DNA of 64,000 nucleotides, taken from Lingula anatina. Its lineage: Eukaryota > Animalia > Brachiopoda. The notes below the pieces were generated by a model, which was not told where the DNA came from, did not search any database, and saw only the letters and a list, made by a program, of their open reading frames with translations. Location of the stretch: assembly GCA_051362555.1 (NCBI GenBank), contig CM120649.1, positions 19,482,567 through 19,546,566 on the forward strand. Reading direction: 5' to 3'. The position numbers and the translations under genes are program-made. Positions 29,101-39,422 of this stretch are shown here, one piece after another; the stretch's first letter is position 1, and each line of letters begins with the position of its first letter.

Positions 29101-32100
29101 ACGTTCGCCTCTAATTAGCACAGGTAAAGAATGGCAGGTCTCTGGCTGTGGCAGCTGGTTGCTAAGCAACCAAGACTTGGTCCTTTGTCCAGAGTTAGTG
29201 TAGAGATTACACCTGCGACCCAGGTAAATTTACCTCCAGTCTTGTAAAAAATTCTAAAAATCTCCAACTGAACTTTCATATGAATAAATTTCAATTTATT
29301 AAAGACTCCCCCACCACCCATCCCTCATCACCATCAAAAACCATAAATGTACTGTTTTCGGCCCTAACCTCCTTATACATCATGTGCGTTCTTTGTCCCT
29401 TGCTGCCCCCTAGGTCACAGGTTAGTGCCCCTCGGGAAACATAATGGCCACTTTAAGTCTGCGGCCCAATGAGCCATGGCCTTTTATAATCCCATGCACA
29501 GTCCTGTAATAACACTTGGGCAGGGACATTGTCAGGGACAATAAGATTAAAGTAACTATGTTGTAGTTAATCCCCATACATTGAATAACATGGCGCAGGT
29601 CGAAGGTCACATATTGAAGAGCCCGCGAGCACAATGGAGGAAGGCAGTTAACGACAATATGTGTGTTTAGTTAGTGCAACGATGGGCAATGAATGGTAAT
29701 ATAGGGATGGCTTTTTGACACAACTTGACTGATTTGCAGGGAGCTCCTGTTACCTTTGTAAACAACTTACTAGGAAAAGAATAGTAAATTTTCTTCAATC
29801 AATATAATATTGAAAATGTTGTTTAATCCCCAATATTCATACCTAAGGTTTCTTCCTGAAATAGCTACCTTCACCAAGTAGACATTGAAATATTGAAGGA
29901 AAACAATATTTTTTTTTTATTAACTGTTTATTGAAAAAAAATGACTGCTTCATTCTTAGCACATAACATAGCTAATTATTCTCCATGTTACAGGAAGATC
30001 ATTTAAATAATGAAACCCATGCAATAACCATATACAAATTTACCAGTGTACCTATAATTAAATTCAGCATTCTTCTTGAAAATTAAAAAGCCAGCAATTG
30101 GTAATCTTTTGGTAAGTTTACGCAACCAGATCCACTTCTCAGACAAAACATTTAACAAGCCACCTGACTTTCTTTGCAACTACTGTATCTGTTAGGTAAT
30201 ATATATAATTATCTTAACTTCAGGGCCCCCCCCCCCCCCCCCCCCCCCGTCTTCCTGTTCCTTCCTAAATTCAAATATTTACAGCCCCCATTAGAACTGT
30301 AAGTTATCACACTTCATGCCATGCTTTGTAATTAGCGCTCCAACAAGCACTTATATGACAAAAGTAGATCATATCTTCCATATTCAAAACAAGGTAATTT
30401 TTCTTGTTTGGGAGCTGATTCATTTCCTTATAAATACTTTGAAAATTGTTCAACAGATATGATAATTGTCATTCTAAGAATTCACAACTTCAATTGAAGA
30501 AATAAGGTGACTAAATGGATGTTTACTGAAAATGATAATTTACTGAAAAATTCAATATGAAAATTCAAATCAAATAAAAGTATACTGAAAACTTTTAATT
30601 TCTGCAAAAAGAAATGTCACAATATCACTTGTGATGATAATAAATCATGTTTCTTTGAAACTTCCTTTTAAAGAAGAGTCAAAATATCATGCCCCAAGTT
30701 TGAAAAACATTAAATCATTTCATATATACGCTTAACATATGATAAAAATAAAAATTTATAGTAAGTGCCATGCAATGCCATATGATAACGTTACTAGTAA
30801 CTGATGCTAATATCAAGAGTACAGACTTGAACCCAGACCCTAGGTCATGACCCCTGACCCAAGGTCACAACCTCTGACCTGAGGTCACTTTATCACCAGA
30901 CAGAGAAGACAGGAATATTCTTTTTTATTATAACTGGTTGGTCTGCCTCAGTTGTAGATAATGGAAATACAACATGTTTGGAATACAACTTCTTAGGAAA
31001 CATATGGCCCCCTGTTAGGGTATACTACAAGAAGCTAGAAGTGACCTGAATAACAAATACTTCAGAACTAAATATAACTCTAGCCAATGGCTTTGTTAGA
31101 CAGAATGTAATGTGTTTTAGAATAAATGTTATCAAATTAAGATCTGCATTTGTCCACTGTTCTTTTTTTAACCAGTAGGAATCTCTTTCAACTCAATCAT
31201 ATTTGTGTTACTAAGCACTGACTGGGGATGTGGCATGTGCTCAACTTGAACCCCAGCATAAAATGCAATGTCAATAAGTTTATTTTCAGCCCAAGTTTGA
31301 CCTTGTCTAAACATGACCTTTATTTCAATCTGATCAAAAAGTGATACGAATGAATTTATGACCAACACAAGTTTGTTTTTGTCTAAACACGACCTTTATA
31401 TCAATCTGATGAAGAAGTGATGTTTATAAGTCTATATCTAGTCCAAGTAAGTCCTTGTCTTAACGCGAGTGTCATACCTGGAGAACCCGACCTCATGTAA
31501 TTTACAGCCAACTTTGCATAACAACCAGGACACAGGTAGAGCCTCCCCTGCAGCCTGCCTTGCCTTGGTATTGAATACACTATTGTCAGACTGCGTAGTG
31601 AATACTTAATAACTTCTTGTCACCTCAGGGATTGCCACAGCAGCGGGTTAATATGGACACTTAACCTGGCTTTTAAAACACTATTTTTTCAAGTGTGGCT
31701 GTACTTTTTTATATATTGAAATTATTATTATTTTTTTTTTTTGAAGTTGTTACCTTCTGCCCTTTCCTCTGTATATGAATGCTATAATTGGATTATAATA
31801 AAAATATTTGTTTTTTATACATTGTATCAACTGACCAAAAACAACATTAGCTATTTTAATTTGTCCAACTTTGTTTGTTAAACACAATGCTGGTATGAAT
31901 CAACAGTTTTACTGACTGACGTTTGATTTCAACGAATTGAAAGACACCATTACAACAAACTATAAAACAAGTACATTAACCCATGTGACAAACTAATTTA
32001 CCCACTGACAGTAAATCACACCTGCTTAGCAACTTGACATTTTATAAAACCTTTCAATGTTTTTCTATTACTGTCTTATAGCAACTTTCATCAGTAATAA

Positions 32101-32540
32101 ATCCGTGATAAGCCTGACTGCCATATCCAAACAATTTCCCTTCTTTGTAACTTTTCAAATGTGCCCTTCAAATGATTTAAGCATATAAAAAAACATCTTG
32201 CAGCAATTTTTATCAGTGCTTCTCTGAGCTTTAAGATAAAGACTGAATGACTGAAACTCGAAATGAAATGCGAAATGCAATTTACAATTCTGAAATCTCA
32301 TCCTTCAATTTAAAGTTAATTCAAGAACGGGGGAAAAGTCAAATAAACCCCAGAGTCAAAACAGGCACGTCCCATACTGAAACGCTGTTATTTACTGAAA
32401 TCAAGTCACAGAATATTAAACTTCGGGTTAACAGAGCTGGGTGATTGTAATTTTTCCAACTTGTATCTTATTTCCAAATTATGCTAATTATAATTGAAAT
32501 TCCAATTAAAGTTAACGAACTAACAATTACACATTCTTAC

Positions 32541-32769
32541 CATGTGACACTTTCGCCGGCACCAGGCTAGCGTGGCCAGGAAAAGTTTTCCCAAACTCTT
32601 CTCGTACTTTATGACAAGCACTTGACGGACTCATACTGTTTGCCGTAGACTTTGGAGAGGCGACGACACTGCCACTATCAGCCGTCTTCAGCGAGTCTTT
32701 CTCTCCCGAAGTTTGGCATAGTAAAAACAGTACTAAAACTCCGTGGATATGTCTAAAAATTGCCATCAT
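32541..32769 (-). CDS. GPC5: Glypican (GPC3/5, Dally type), exon 1 with signal peptide
   Basis: ATG at 32769; hydrophobic signal peptide MMAIFRHIHGVLVLFLLCQTSG; first conserved Cys (SACHKVREEF); phase-1 donor G|GTAAGA. Symbol denotes the GPC3/5 class rather than strict orthology. Confidence 0.85.
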
Positions 32770-33885
32770 GGCTCCGTGTGCGTAGTTCTATCCTTTCCGT
32801 TCGCTGTTGGTTACATTGAGGGGGTATTTAGTCCGTTTACGGCGAGCGAAACACAAAGCTTATTGCCCTCTACGCAACACACTCGCTCTCCGTGCTGTAA
32901 TCTGACCTAATTTACATACATTAGTTTTTCTGTCACGCACAAAGCGGGATGCTTGACTTTGATTGGTTGTTTTTTTACCAAGGTGGTGTACTAACTAAAT
33001 TGAGCTGATGTGCTGTGTTAGAGAAGATTTGTATCGATTGTTTTGCTGAGAAACTAGATTGGATAAAGCTCATCGGTGCACGGACATGCGAAAAAGTCAT
33101 CTCACAGGTGCAAGTGATTTCTACGAGCTTTAATATGAAGAGCTGGCCGGGGTTATGTTGGGGCAATTGTTAAATTAAAAAAATTGAAAAGCACAGTCAG
33201 TCAGTATAAAAATGCTTAGAGTATCTCTCAATGCTGGCAAACTTTAAAATCTGACGAAATTTGATTCAAAATTACGTTGTAAAGTAAAGTAAATAAATAG
33301 AATAATTAATTTATTAATTGAAATTCCAATTAATTAATTAATAATCGCTTGGACCAATAGATACATTAAATAATTTTACGGAATTCATCCGCTAAAATTA
33401 TTCCAAAGTCGATTTTCTCCTAGTAACGAATCCTTGCTTGCTTTATCCGTTCCGGCACTTGGATATTAACTTCAATCTTTAAGTTTTAAATGACTGACCA
33501 GTCATCTTGTACAGTTAAAAAGGTATCAGGTACTTTTATTTTACTATTCATAATAATTTAAAGATCTGAATTGGAATATTTTAGTAGCTATGAAGGATAT
33601 GTTGACTCTGAAAATATAGCTTTGAGAAATACTGATATGGGCACAGCTAATCGATGTTATACATATATCAATTTTTCATTAAAATGATAAAGAATTATTT
33701 ATGAGGAATATTTAGTCAGCCCAGGGAACAGCTATTCATGAATATTCAGCCAGTCACAGATAAGATCGCCATTAGTCCAATTCAGGGACAACTACGTCCA
33801 CAACTGGTGCTTTTAATTGTAAAATATGTCTTTTCGTTGATAACAGACACAAGTACGTCACATCCACGTGATCAAATGAACTTAA

Positions 33886-33901
33886 CAGCGACCTCTGGTG
33901 G
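33886..33901 (-). promoter_or_regulatory. CTCF-like motif
   Basis: Minus strand CCACCAGAGGTCGCTG, close to the CTCF core CCACCAG(A/G)GGGCGC; lies between the 3' end of dioxygenase A and the glypican 5' region. Confidence 0.4.
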
Positions 33902-34006
33902 TAGGGCGACTGCATACTGTTACAGGTCCAAAATTATTTTGAAATAAACAAATAAACAAATTAAAAAATAAAAGTGCGTTGATGGAAATGAATTTTGTGT
34001 TCTATA

Positions 34007-34581
34007 CTAAGCCGGTAAGTTCCACTGTGGACGCCACTCCGGCCCGTTCGGTTCGCCATCATTGAAATCGTACTCCAAATCTCCCGCTAAAAGTCGGACC
34101 TCCTCAGACCTTCCTAGCTTCGAGTGGGTCTTCATAACTTTGCATCCAGCGTAGTTCAAATCCTGGAAATAGTTAACACCTTGCGCCGGCCAGTGCTGCG
34201 TCATCCGTAACTCTTTGTAAGCGCGCTTCTTCACTTGCATGTCCGCGGCGCTTGCCCAGATCGCTGGAGCCATGGCGACGAACACGACGTAACGCCATCT
34301 GCCGGGGTTATTGCGGTTTTTCATTGGCGGGGCGTTTGCATGGACTGTGCGGGAATCCCAGAGAATCATGGAACCTTTTGGGGCGGCGATGCGTTTAATC
34401 TCGCAGCCCTTACTTTTGTACCATTCCACCTCCATTGCCTTGAGTCGGTAGAAGTCGTTGTTGGTCGGCAGGGTCGGACCGTGCGGGAAAGTTCGGCAAA
34501 ATTCGTCGAAGTATGTTACTGATGTTGGCATGGCAACGAAGCACCAGTCGTCTTCTGCCGTGTCTTCCAGTTGAACGGACC
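34007..34581 (-). CDS. PhyH-like dioxygenase A, exon 4 (distal His, stop)
   Basis: GSVQLEDTAEDDWCFVAMP...APKGSMILWDSRTVHAN...RWRYVVFVAM...TQHWP; stop at 34007-34009; spliced CDS 987 nt = 328 aa. Confidence 0.92.
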
Positions 34582-34757
34582 CTGAGGAATATATGGTCCA
34601 AAATTTGAGTCATGTTTGACGCAGCATCGTGGGCAAGTTTGAGTGTATGCCGCAAAACAATACGTGGAATCTTGCAAAAAAAAAAAAACTGTCGAAGAAC
34701 GTTAAACTAAGATTTTGACAAAAAATAATAATCATAATAAATAATAATAACGCCGAC

Positions 34758-34933
34758 CTTGATAAGCGTGCAGTCCGACACGCTTTGCTGACTGATCTAG
34801 ATGGAGCCACTGGTAGCAGTCCGGGGTGTGGAACTCCTCCTCACCGCCCTCTGGCGGCCGTCCAATCGCCACAGCATCGAAACTGGACAGTAGCTTGTTA
34901 GTTCCCCATAATTTTGCAAACACCGGTTTTGTT
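34758..34933 (-). CDS. PhyH-like dioxygenase A, exon 3 (HxD motif)
   Basis: TKPVFAKLWGTNKLLSSFDAVAIGRPPE...WLHLDQ...AYQ; junctions are phase-consistent. Confidence 0.9.
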
Positions 34934-35021
34934 CTGTAAAAGAAATACATTTAGGAGTAGGAGGAAGGGGTCAGGAGGGCGAGTTACACCCGCTCTCCCC
35001 TTTTTCAACCACTTTAGTCTT

Positions 35022-35504
35022 CAGGGCCGTAGCCTGAGCAAAATGCCAGGGGGGGGCAGTAGCGGACACGAGGGGTCGAAGCCCCCGAGGGGGGAGGGGG
35101 TGGGAGGGGGTGTCCTCCTCCCACGGTGTGGAAAAATTTTAAAAACTGTACGTATAATACTGCATTCTGGTGCATTTTAACTGTTTTATTGCTCAATAAG
35201 AAGTCAGAAATTGTGGGTTCATTTTGCCATAAGTATAGCTCCTCTAAGGATAGCTCCCTAAGGGAGGGTGAGCTTTTTGGCATGAACTGAGTTGGCTAAA
35301 AACAGTACACCTTTGTTAACAGATTGTTGAATGATTGTCTAGTGGCCATGAGTGCATTTTCTCACAGAATTGATACCAACTTTGCAATTATTGTTTTTCA
35401 CCTTTGCGATTATTATTTATTTATTTATTTTATTTTTTTTGCACCTCAAATCCCAGGGGGGGCAGCTGCCCCCCCCCCCTGCCCCCCCGGAGGCTACGGC
35501 CCTG
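35022..35504. mobile_element. CAGG-ended TIR element with 5-bp TSD (GTCTT), in intron 2 of dioxygenase A
   Basis: GTCTT|CAGGGCCGTAGCC...GGCTACGGCCCTG|GTCTT; 13-bp perfect TIR. Confidence 0.85.
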
Positions 35505-35649
35505 GTCTTAAGCTCAAGAGAATGGAGAAGGAGGACCCCCCCCACACACACACACATTTGCGTGCCAGGTCCTACATGCTTGTTAGTGGTGTGGTGCAAT
35601 TTTAGAAGTTTTTTTTTTTTTTTTTTTTTTTTTGCGCTTCCAAACTTAC

Positions 35650-35856
35650 TTGAGTCGTACGGCCCAGGTGGCCTCGAGGTGGCCAACGCGGTAATGCTGG
35701 ATCAGGCTGCGCTTGCTCTTTGGCCACTCACCGTCCTCGCGCAGCGTCGTCACCCAGGTGTGGTACTGCTGACGATAGGTCTCACACTCTTCGGCCTGGA
35801 TGACACCTTCCAGGACTGATAGACCGTTCTCTCTCAGCTCCTTGAGAACCTCTTCA
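35650..35856 (-). CDS. PhyH-like dioxygenase A, exon 2
   Basis: EEVLKELRENGLSVLEGVIQAEECETYRQQYHTWV...VGHLEATWAVRL; TTTCAG acceptor, AA|GTAAGT donor; aligns with paralog B (ELDEKGVVVVEGLL...VGHLEASWAIRL). Confidence 0.9.
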
Positions 35857-36421
35857 CTGAAATGAACAATTTGGTGTTATTGGTGACCTCTAATCTAAAA
35901 TCAGCCAGGGCTTGTCACTGTCTCAACGTGTAGTATGACGGGAAAAAGATTTTAAATTGCACTACCTGTGGTTGTAACGCGTTTTGTTAAAATGATTCAT
36001 TTCTTAACTTGTCGTGTAAAATATTCTCAGAAAAGGTTCTAGCTACTTTCTGTTGTTTATTCCAACATTCTCGGTTCAAATCTGTTGAGAAAATTACGAA
36101 AGTTGAGGGGGGGGGGGGGGAGGGGGAGGGGTTGAAATATTCACAAATATTCAATCCTTTTGCAATTTAAAACCTCATTTATTGGTGACCAAGTTATTCA
36201 TTTTGTTTTTGCCTTTGCATGTCGATTTTATTTGAGTCTTTTAAGAAACTAGTAAAATTGGCTCATAAGCTTTACATGGAAACTACGCTCGCTTCATTTG
36301 TAACGCTAACTGAAGATAAGGAAACGAAGCTGATATTTTGTCGCGAAACTTTATTATAACGCCCAGTCCTACAATGCGTACACCTATAATCGATTTTATG
36401 GGTTTCCTAAATGTAACTCAC

Positions 36422-36450
36422 CACCAACGTTCGTCACTGTATTTCGGCAT
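36422..36450 (-). CDS. PhyH-like Fe(II)/2OG dioxygenase paralog A, exon 1
   Basis: ATG CCG AAA TAC AGT GAC GAA CGT TGG TG|GTGAGT, 29 nt; same length and phase as exon 1 of paralog B. Confidence 0.75.
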
Positions 36451-36831
36451 GATATCACAGAATTCAGTATCCTTATTCAGTTAGTTTGTGTCTTCACGTC
36501 CAAATTGGTAGTAAAGAGGTCACGTTATCAATTCACACACACACACAGACGCATACACACATATAATAAAGGTCTTATTATATACGCTATCGATATTAGG
36601 CTGATTTCACCACAGAGTGCAAGTCTAGTTCATTTAGGGCGAGTAATTAGGTCAAATCCTCAGTAGTAACAATAATCAACTATGGATCTAAAACGTGTAA
36701 TCCATTGTTTATTTCTGTTAAAAGCAGGCCATTATTCACACTTCTGTGATGAGAATAACATTGTACCGGTATTGGTGGGACAAGAATGTACCTGAAGAAT
36801 ACCTTGACCTCATTCAGATTCCATGCGCGTT

Positions 36832-37152
36832 CATCATCATCATCATTGCTCTTCGTCCCGCGTGGGACATAAGGCCACTTTTGTGGTTTCTGTAACAATT
36901 AATTTGAACCGGGAGGGTTGTTGGCCCCCCGCGGTAGGTTTTATGTCAGGGTTTTCCTTCCCATAGCCCGAGCCTCGTTAGCCTAGGCCCGCTAGGACCT
37001 AGTTTCCAGGGTGTACCACGGGGAGGAGAGGTTGACTTGAGTGATCTACGGGTCACCGGCAAGCTACTTAAATTTCACCTTTCGCCCTTGTGGACTAGCC
37101 GGCCTTAACAACACTGGATGTGAAGCCAAGCGCATGAACACCCCTACACCCT
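36832..37152 (-). mobile_element. Short internally deleted RTE-derived non-LTR element (SIDE/SINE-like) with a 5' ribozyme
   Basis: Minus strand: ribozyme, then GGAAGGAAAACCCTG, then GGCCTTATGTCCCACGCGGGACGAAGAG followed by an (ATG)n tail, resembling RTE-clade 3' ends. Flanks ATGCGCGTT (36823-36831) and ACACGCGTT (37153-37161) form a 7/9 direct repeat. No ORF. Confidence 0.7.
36971..37144 (-). ncRNA. HDV-like (nested double pseudoknot) ribozyme candidate, probably partly degenerate
   Basis: Hand fold on the minus strand. P1: GGGGUGU (37144-37138) with ACACCCU (37014-37008), G1-U wobble. L3: UCCCCGU. P1.1: GG at 37007-37006. P4: CUAGGUCC-UAGC-GGGCCUAG (37002-36983). J4/2: GCUAA with putative catalytic C at 36981. 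P2: AACCUC/GAGGCU. One mismatch each in P2 and P3; J1/2 about 105 nt. Confidence 0.7.
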
Positions 37153-37536
37153 ACACGCGTTGCTTAACCTTTTAAGTAAAGAATTCACACCCGATGTATG
37201 TTCGATCTATTTATCCTTTCTAGATAATTCAACATAACTATCAACTGTGACAATTGCCAGAGAGGGGTATTTTTTTACGCGCCGACACAATACACAAACT
37301 TTCAAATAACAATAATAAATAATAATTTTGAAATGAACTTTTTAAATGAGGCCACCGACTCAAAGTAAGAATCGCTTTAACGCTACTTGTTTATGTACAG
37401 ATATTATAAGTAAATACAGATAGTTTAAGTCAATGGAGATAAGAGGTTATCGTGTTGACTTGCTAAATGTGACAAATATATTTCAGTAACAGTGTAACAG
37501 CGCACGTGGCTAGTAACACGTCATATCAGGCCTCTA

Positions 37537-37580
37537 GATGACGTCATCGTGATAAGTCTCCTCTCTCTATATATATAAAA
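37537..37580 (+). promoter_or_regulatory. Putative core promoter of dioxygenase B (CRE palindrome, GATA site, TATA box)
   Basis: GATGACGTCATC (full TGACGTCA), GATAAG, then TATATATATAAAAG about 130 bp upstream of the ATG. Confidence 0.5.
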
Positions 37581-37707
37581 GTGGGCTGAGGTTCAACCGA
37601 AGAACTGATGTGCTTTGTTATCGTGTTTAATTGTTTGATAATATATAAAGACAACAACTGTGAAAGATTCCATCAAATGTTTACTTGAAAGTTTAGACTA
37701 AATCAGA

Positions 37708-37736
37708 ATGGTCAAGTTCGGTGCACCAGGATGGAG
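37708..37736 (+). CDS. PhyH-like dioxygenase paralog B, exon 1
   Basis: ATG GTC AAG TTC GGT GCA CCA GGA TGG AG|GTAAGA, 29 nt, about 130 bp downstream of a TATA-like element. Confidence 0.75.
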
Positions 37737-38458
37737 GTAAGACTGGCTTGAAGTACGAATAACTTTAAGGGTTTTCTTTTTATTTTCAAATTTCCTACAG
37801 CTTAAAAGAATTCAGTATGCCAAACATTTCAGCAAATTTAGATGTGACGAACTTATATGGAATAGATGTACAAACTTTGTGGTTTTAAGGCAATGGCCTT
37901 TCACAATGTAGAGGTAAAGAAAACGTTTATTTTAAGACTAGGCCCTATATTTGAGGCTGTGTATCAGAATTTCCCCAGAAAGACAAACCACCACCACCAA
38001 CCCCTCTACCGCGAATTTGCAACGTTATCGCTCAACGTACCCATTTCGGGTACAGCTTTGTCTTTAGTAAGTAACTTATTATTATTATTGCCAAAACCTA
38101 ACAACACAGTCTTTTCCATTAGCCCTGGATGAGTTCATCCACAGGGAACCGAAAAAACAGTTTTCCTTTCTACTTCGGCGACTTCACCAAAAATCGAAGC
38201 AGAAAACCACGTTGACAGCTGTGGACAATTGATTAGACCGCCCAATTAAATAAAAGTTGTGCAAAATCTTACATGTCCCCGGAAGTGACGAAATCCCGCG
38301 AATTTCAAATCTCAGCGTGCCCTATATCATGTTTACAGAGTCGTTATTAATTACCAATCTTTCAATTTTCAATTTGACGACTGGCCTGATCGATATGTAG
38401 GAAAAAATAATTTTACAGTCAATTAATCTTTTTTCCTTTTTTATTAATGCTGAAATAG

Positions 38459-38772
38459 CCAAAGTATGAAGCAGGAACTTGACGAAAAAGGCGTGGTGGT
38501 CGTCGAGGGCCTCTTATCCAGCCTCGAAAGCGACACCTATAGGCAGCAGTATTATACTTGGGTCACAAACCTTTATCCGGACGGTAGGTGGCCGTCCAAC
38601 ATGAAAGGCCTGATCACTAGTTTCAAAGTTGGCCACTTGGAGGCGTCGTGGGCTATCCGTCTGAAGTCCAAGGCGGTGTTTGAGGAGTTGTGGGGAACAG
38701 CCAAACTGTGGAGCAGCATAGACGCTGTAGCCATAGGACGGCCACCGGAGGATGGAGTAACAGAGTTTGCTG
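38459..38772 (+). CDS. PhyH-like dioxygenase B, exon 2
   Basis: Overlaps ORF 38466-38780: ELDEKGVVVVEGLL...VFEELWGTAKLWSSIDAVAIGRPPE; TAG acceptor, G|GTATTT donor. Confidence 0.9.
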
Positions 38773-39041
38773 GTATTTAGCCCACCAAGTCCTTATTTTT
38801 TATCTTAATAAAGGCGTTGTATTGTTGACACTGTCTCACATAACACATTTTGCTTGGCTCAGTCGGCCCCTTTAAATCATCACATTCATTCCCATGTTAC
38901 TTTTAATGCATTACATTTCCAACATCCATCAGTATGGGCAAAAGCCAAAAAGTTACATGGCACCATTGTGCATTACATTTTACTACATGATCACCGTCAC
39001 ACCTAACACATTCTATGAGCTGTGTTTTCATCTCTCCCCAG

Positions 39042-39154
39042 AGCCTGGTTCCCATTGGCTTCACGTTGACCAGGGTGCTCATAAGGAGGGACTGCATGCT
39101 TACCAGGGGGGTGTGTACCTGGAGGACACAGACTGCGATGATTGGTGCTTTCAG
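39042..39154 (+). CDS. PhyH-like dioxygenase B, exon 3 (HxD motif)
   Basis: PGSHWLHVDQGAHKEGLHAYQGGVYLEDTDCDDWCFQ; CCAG acceptor, CAG|GTATGA donor. Confidence 0.9.
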
Positions 39155-39422
39155 GTATGAACTCCGTGTTGTACAGGTTTCACCGCTAACACAATGTCAC
39201 ACCCAGCAATCGCACCTATCACAATGACGCAGTACGGTGCTCTTAAAAAAGTAGGCAGTAGGCCTGTGTGTGTGTATTATAGAATTGTAACAGCTTTTGT
39301 TCGGCGCCAGACCACGTACCCCATTTCTCTGCTCCACTTTTTTGTTTATCTCTAAATCACTGTACTGTATTCACGGTAATCTTACTATTATGTTCAAACT
39401 GATTGCAACCGCTTTTTTGTAG

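Noticed and set aside
27900-29700. Homeodomain/Sox/TCF-like motif clusters in glypican intron 1
   Set aside because: Plausible enhancers, but such short motifs are expected by chance in AT-rich DNA; conservation data would be needed.
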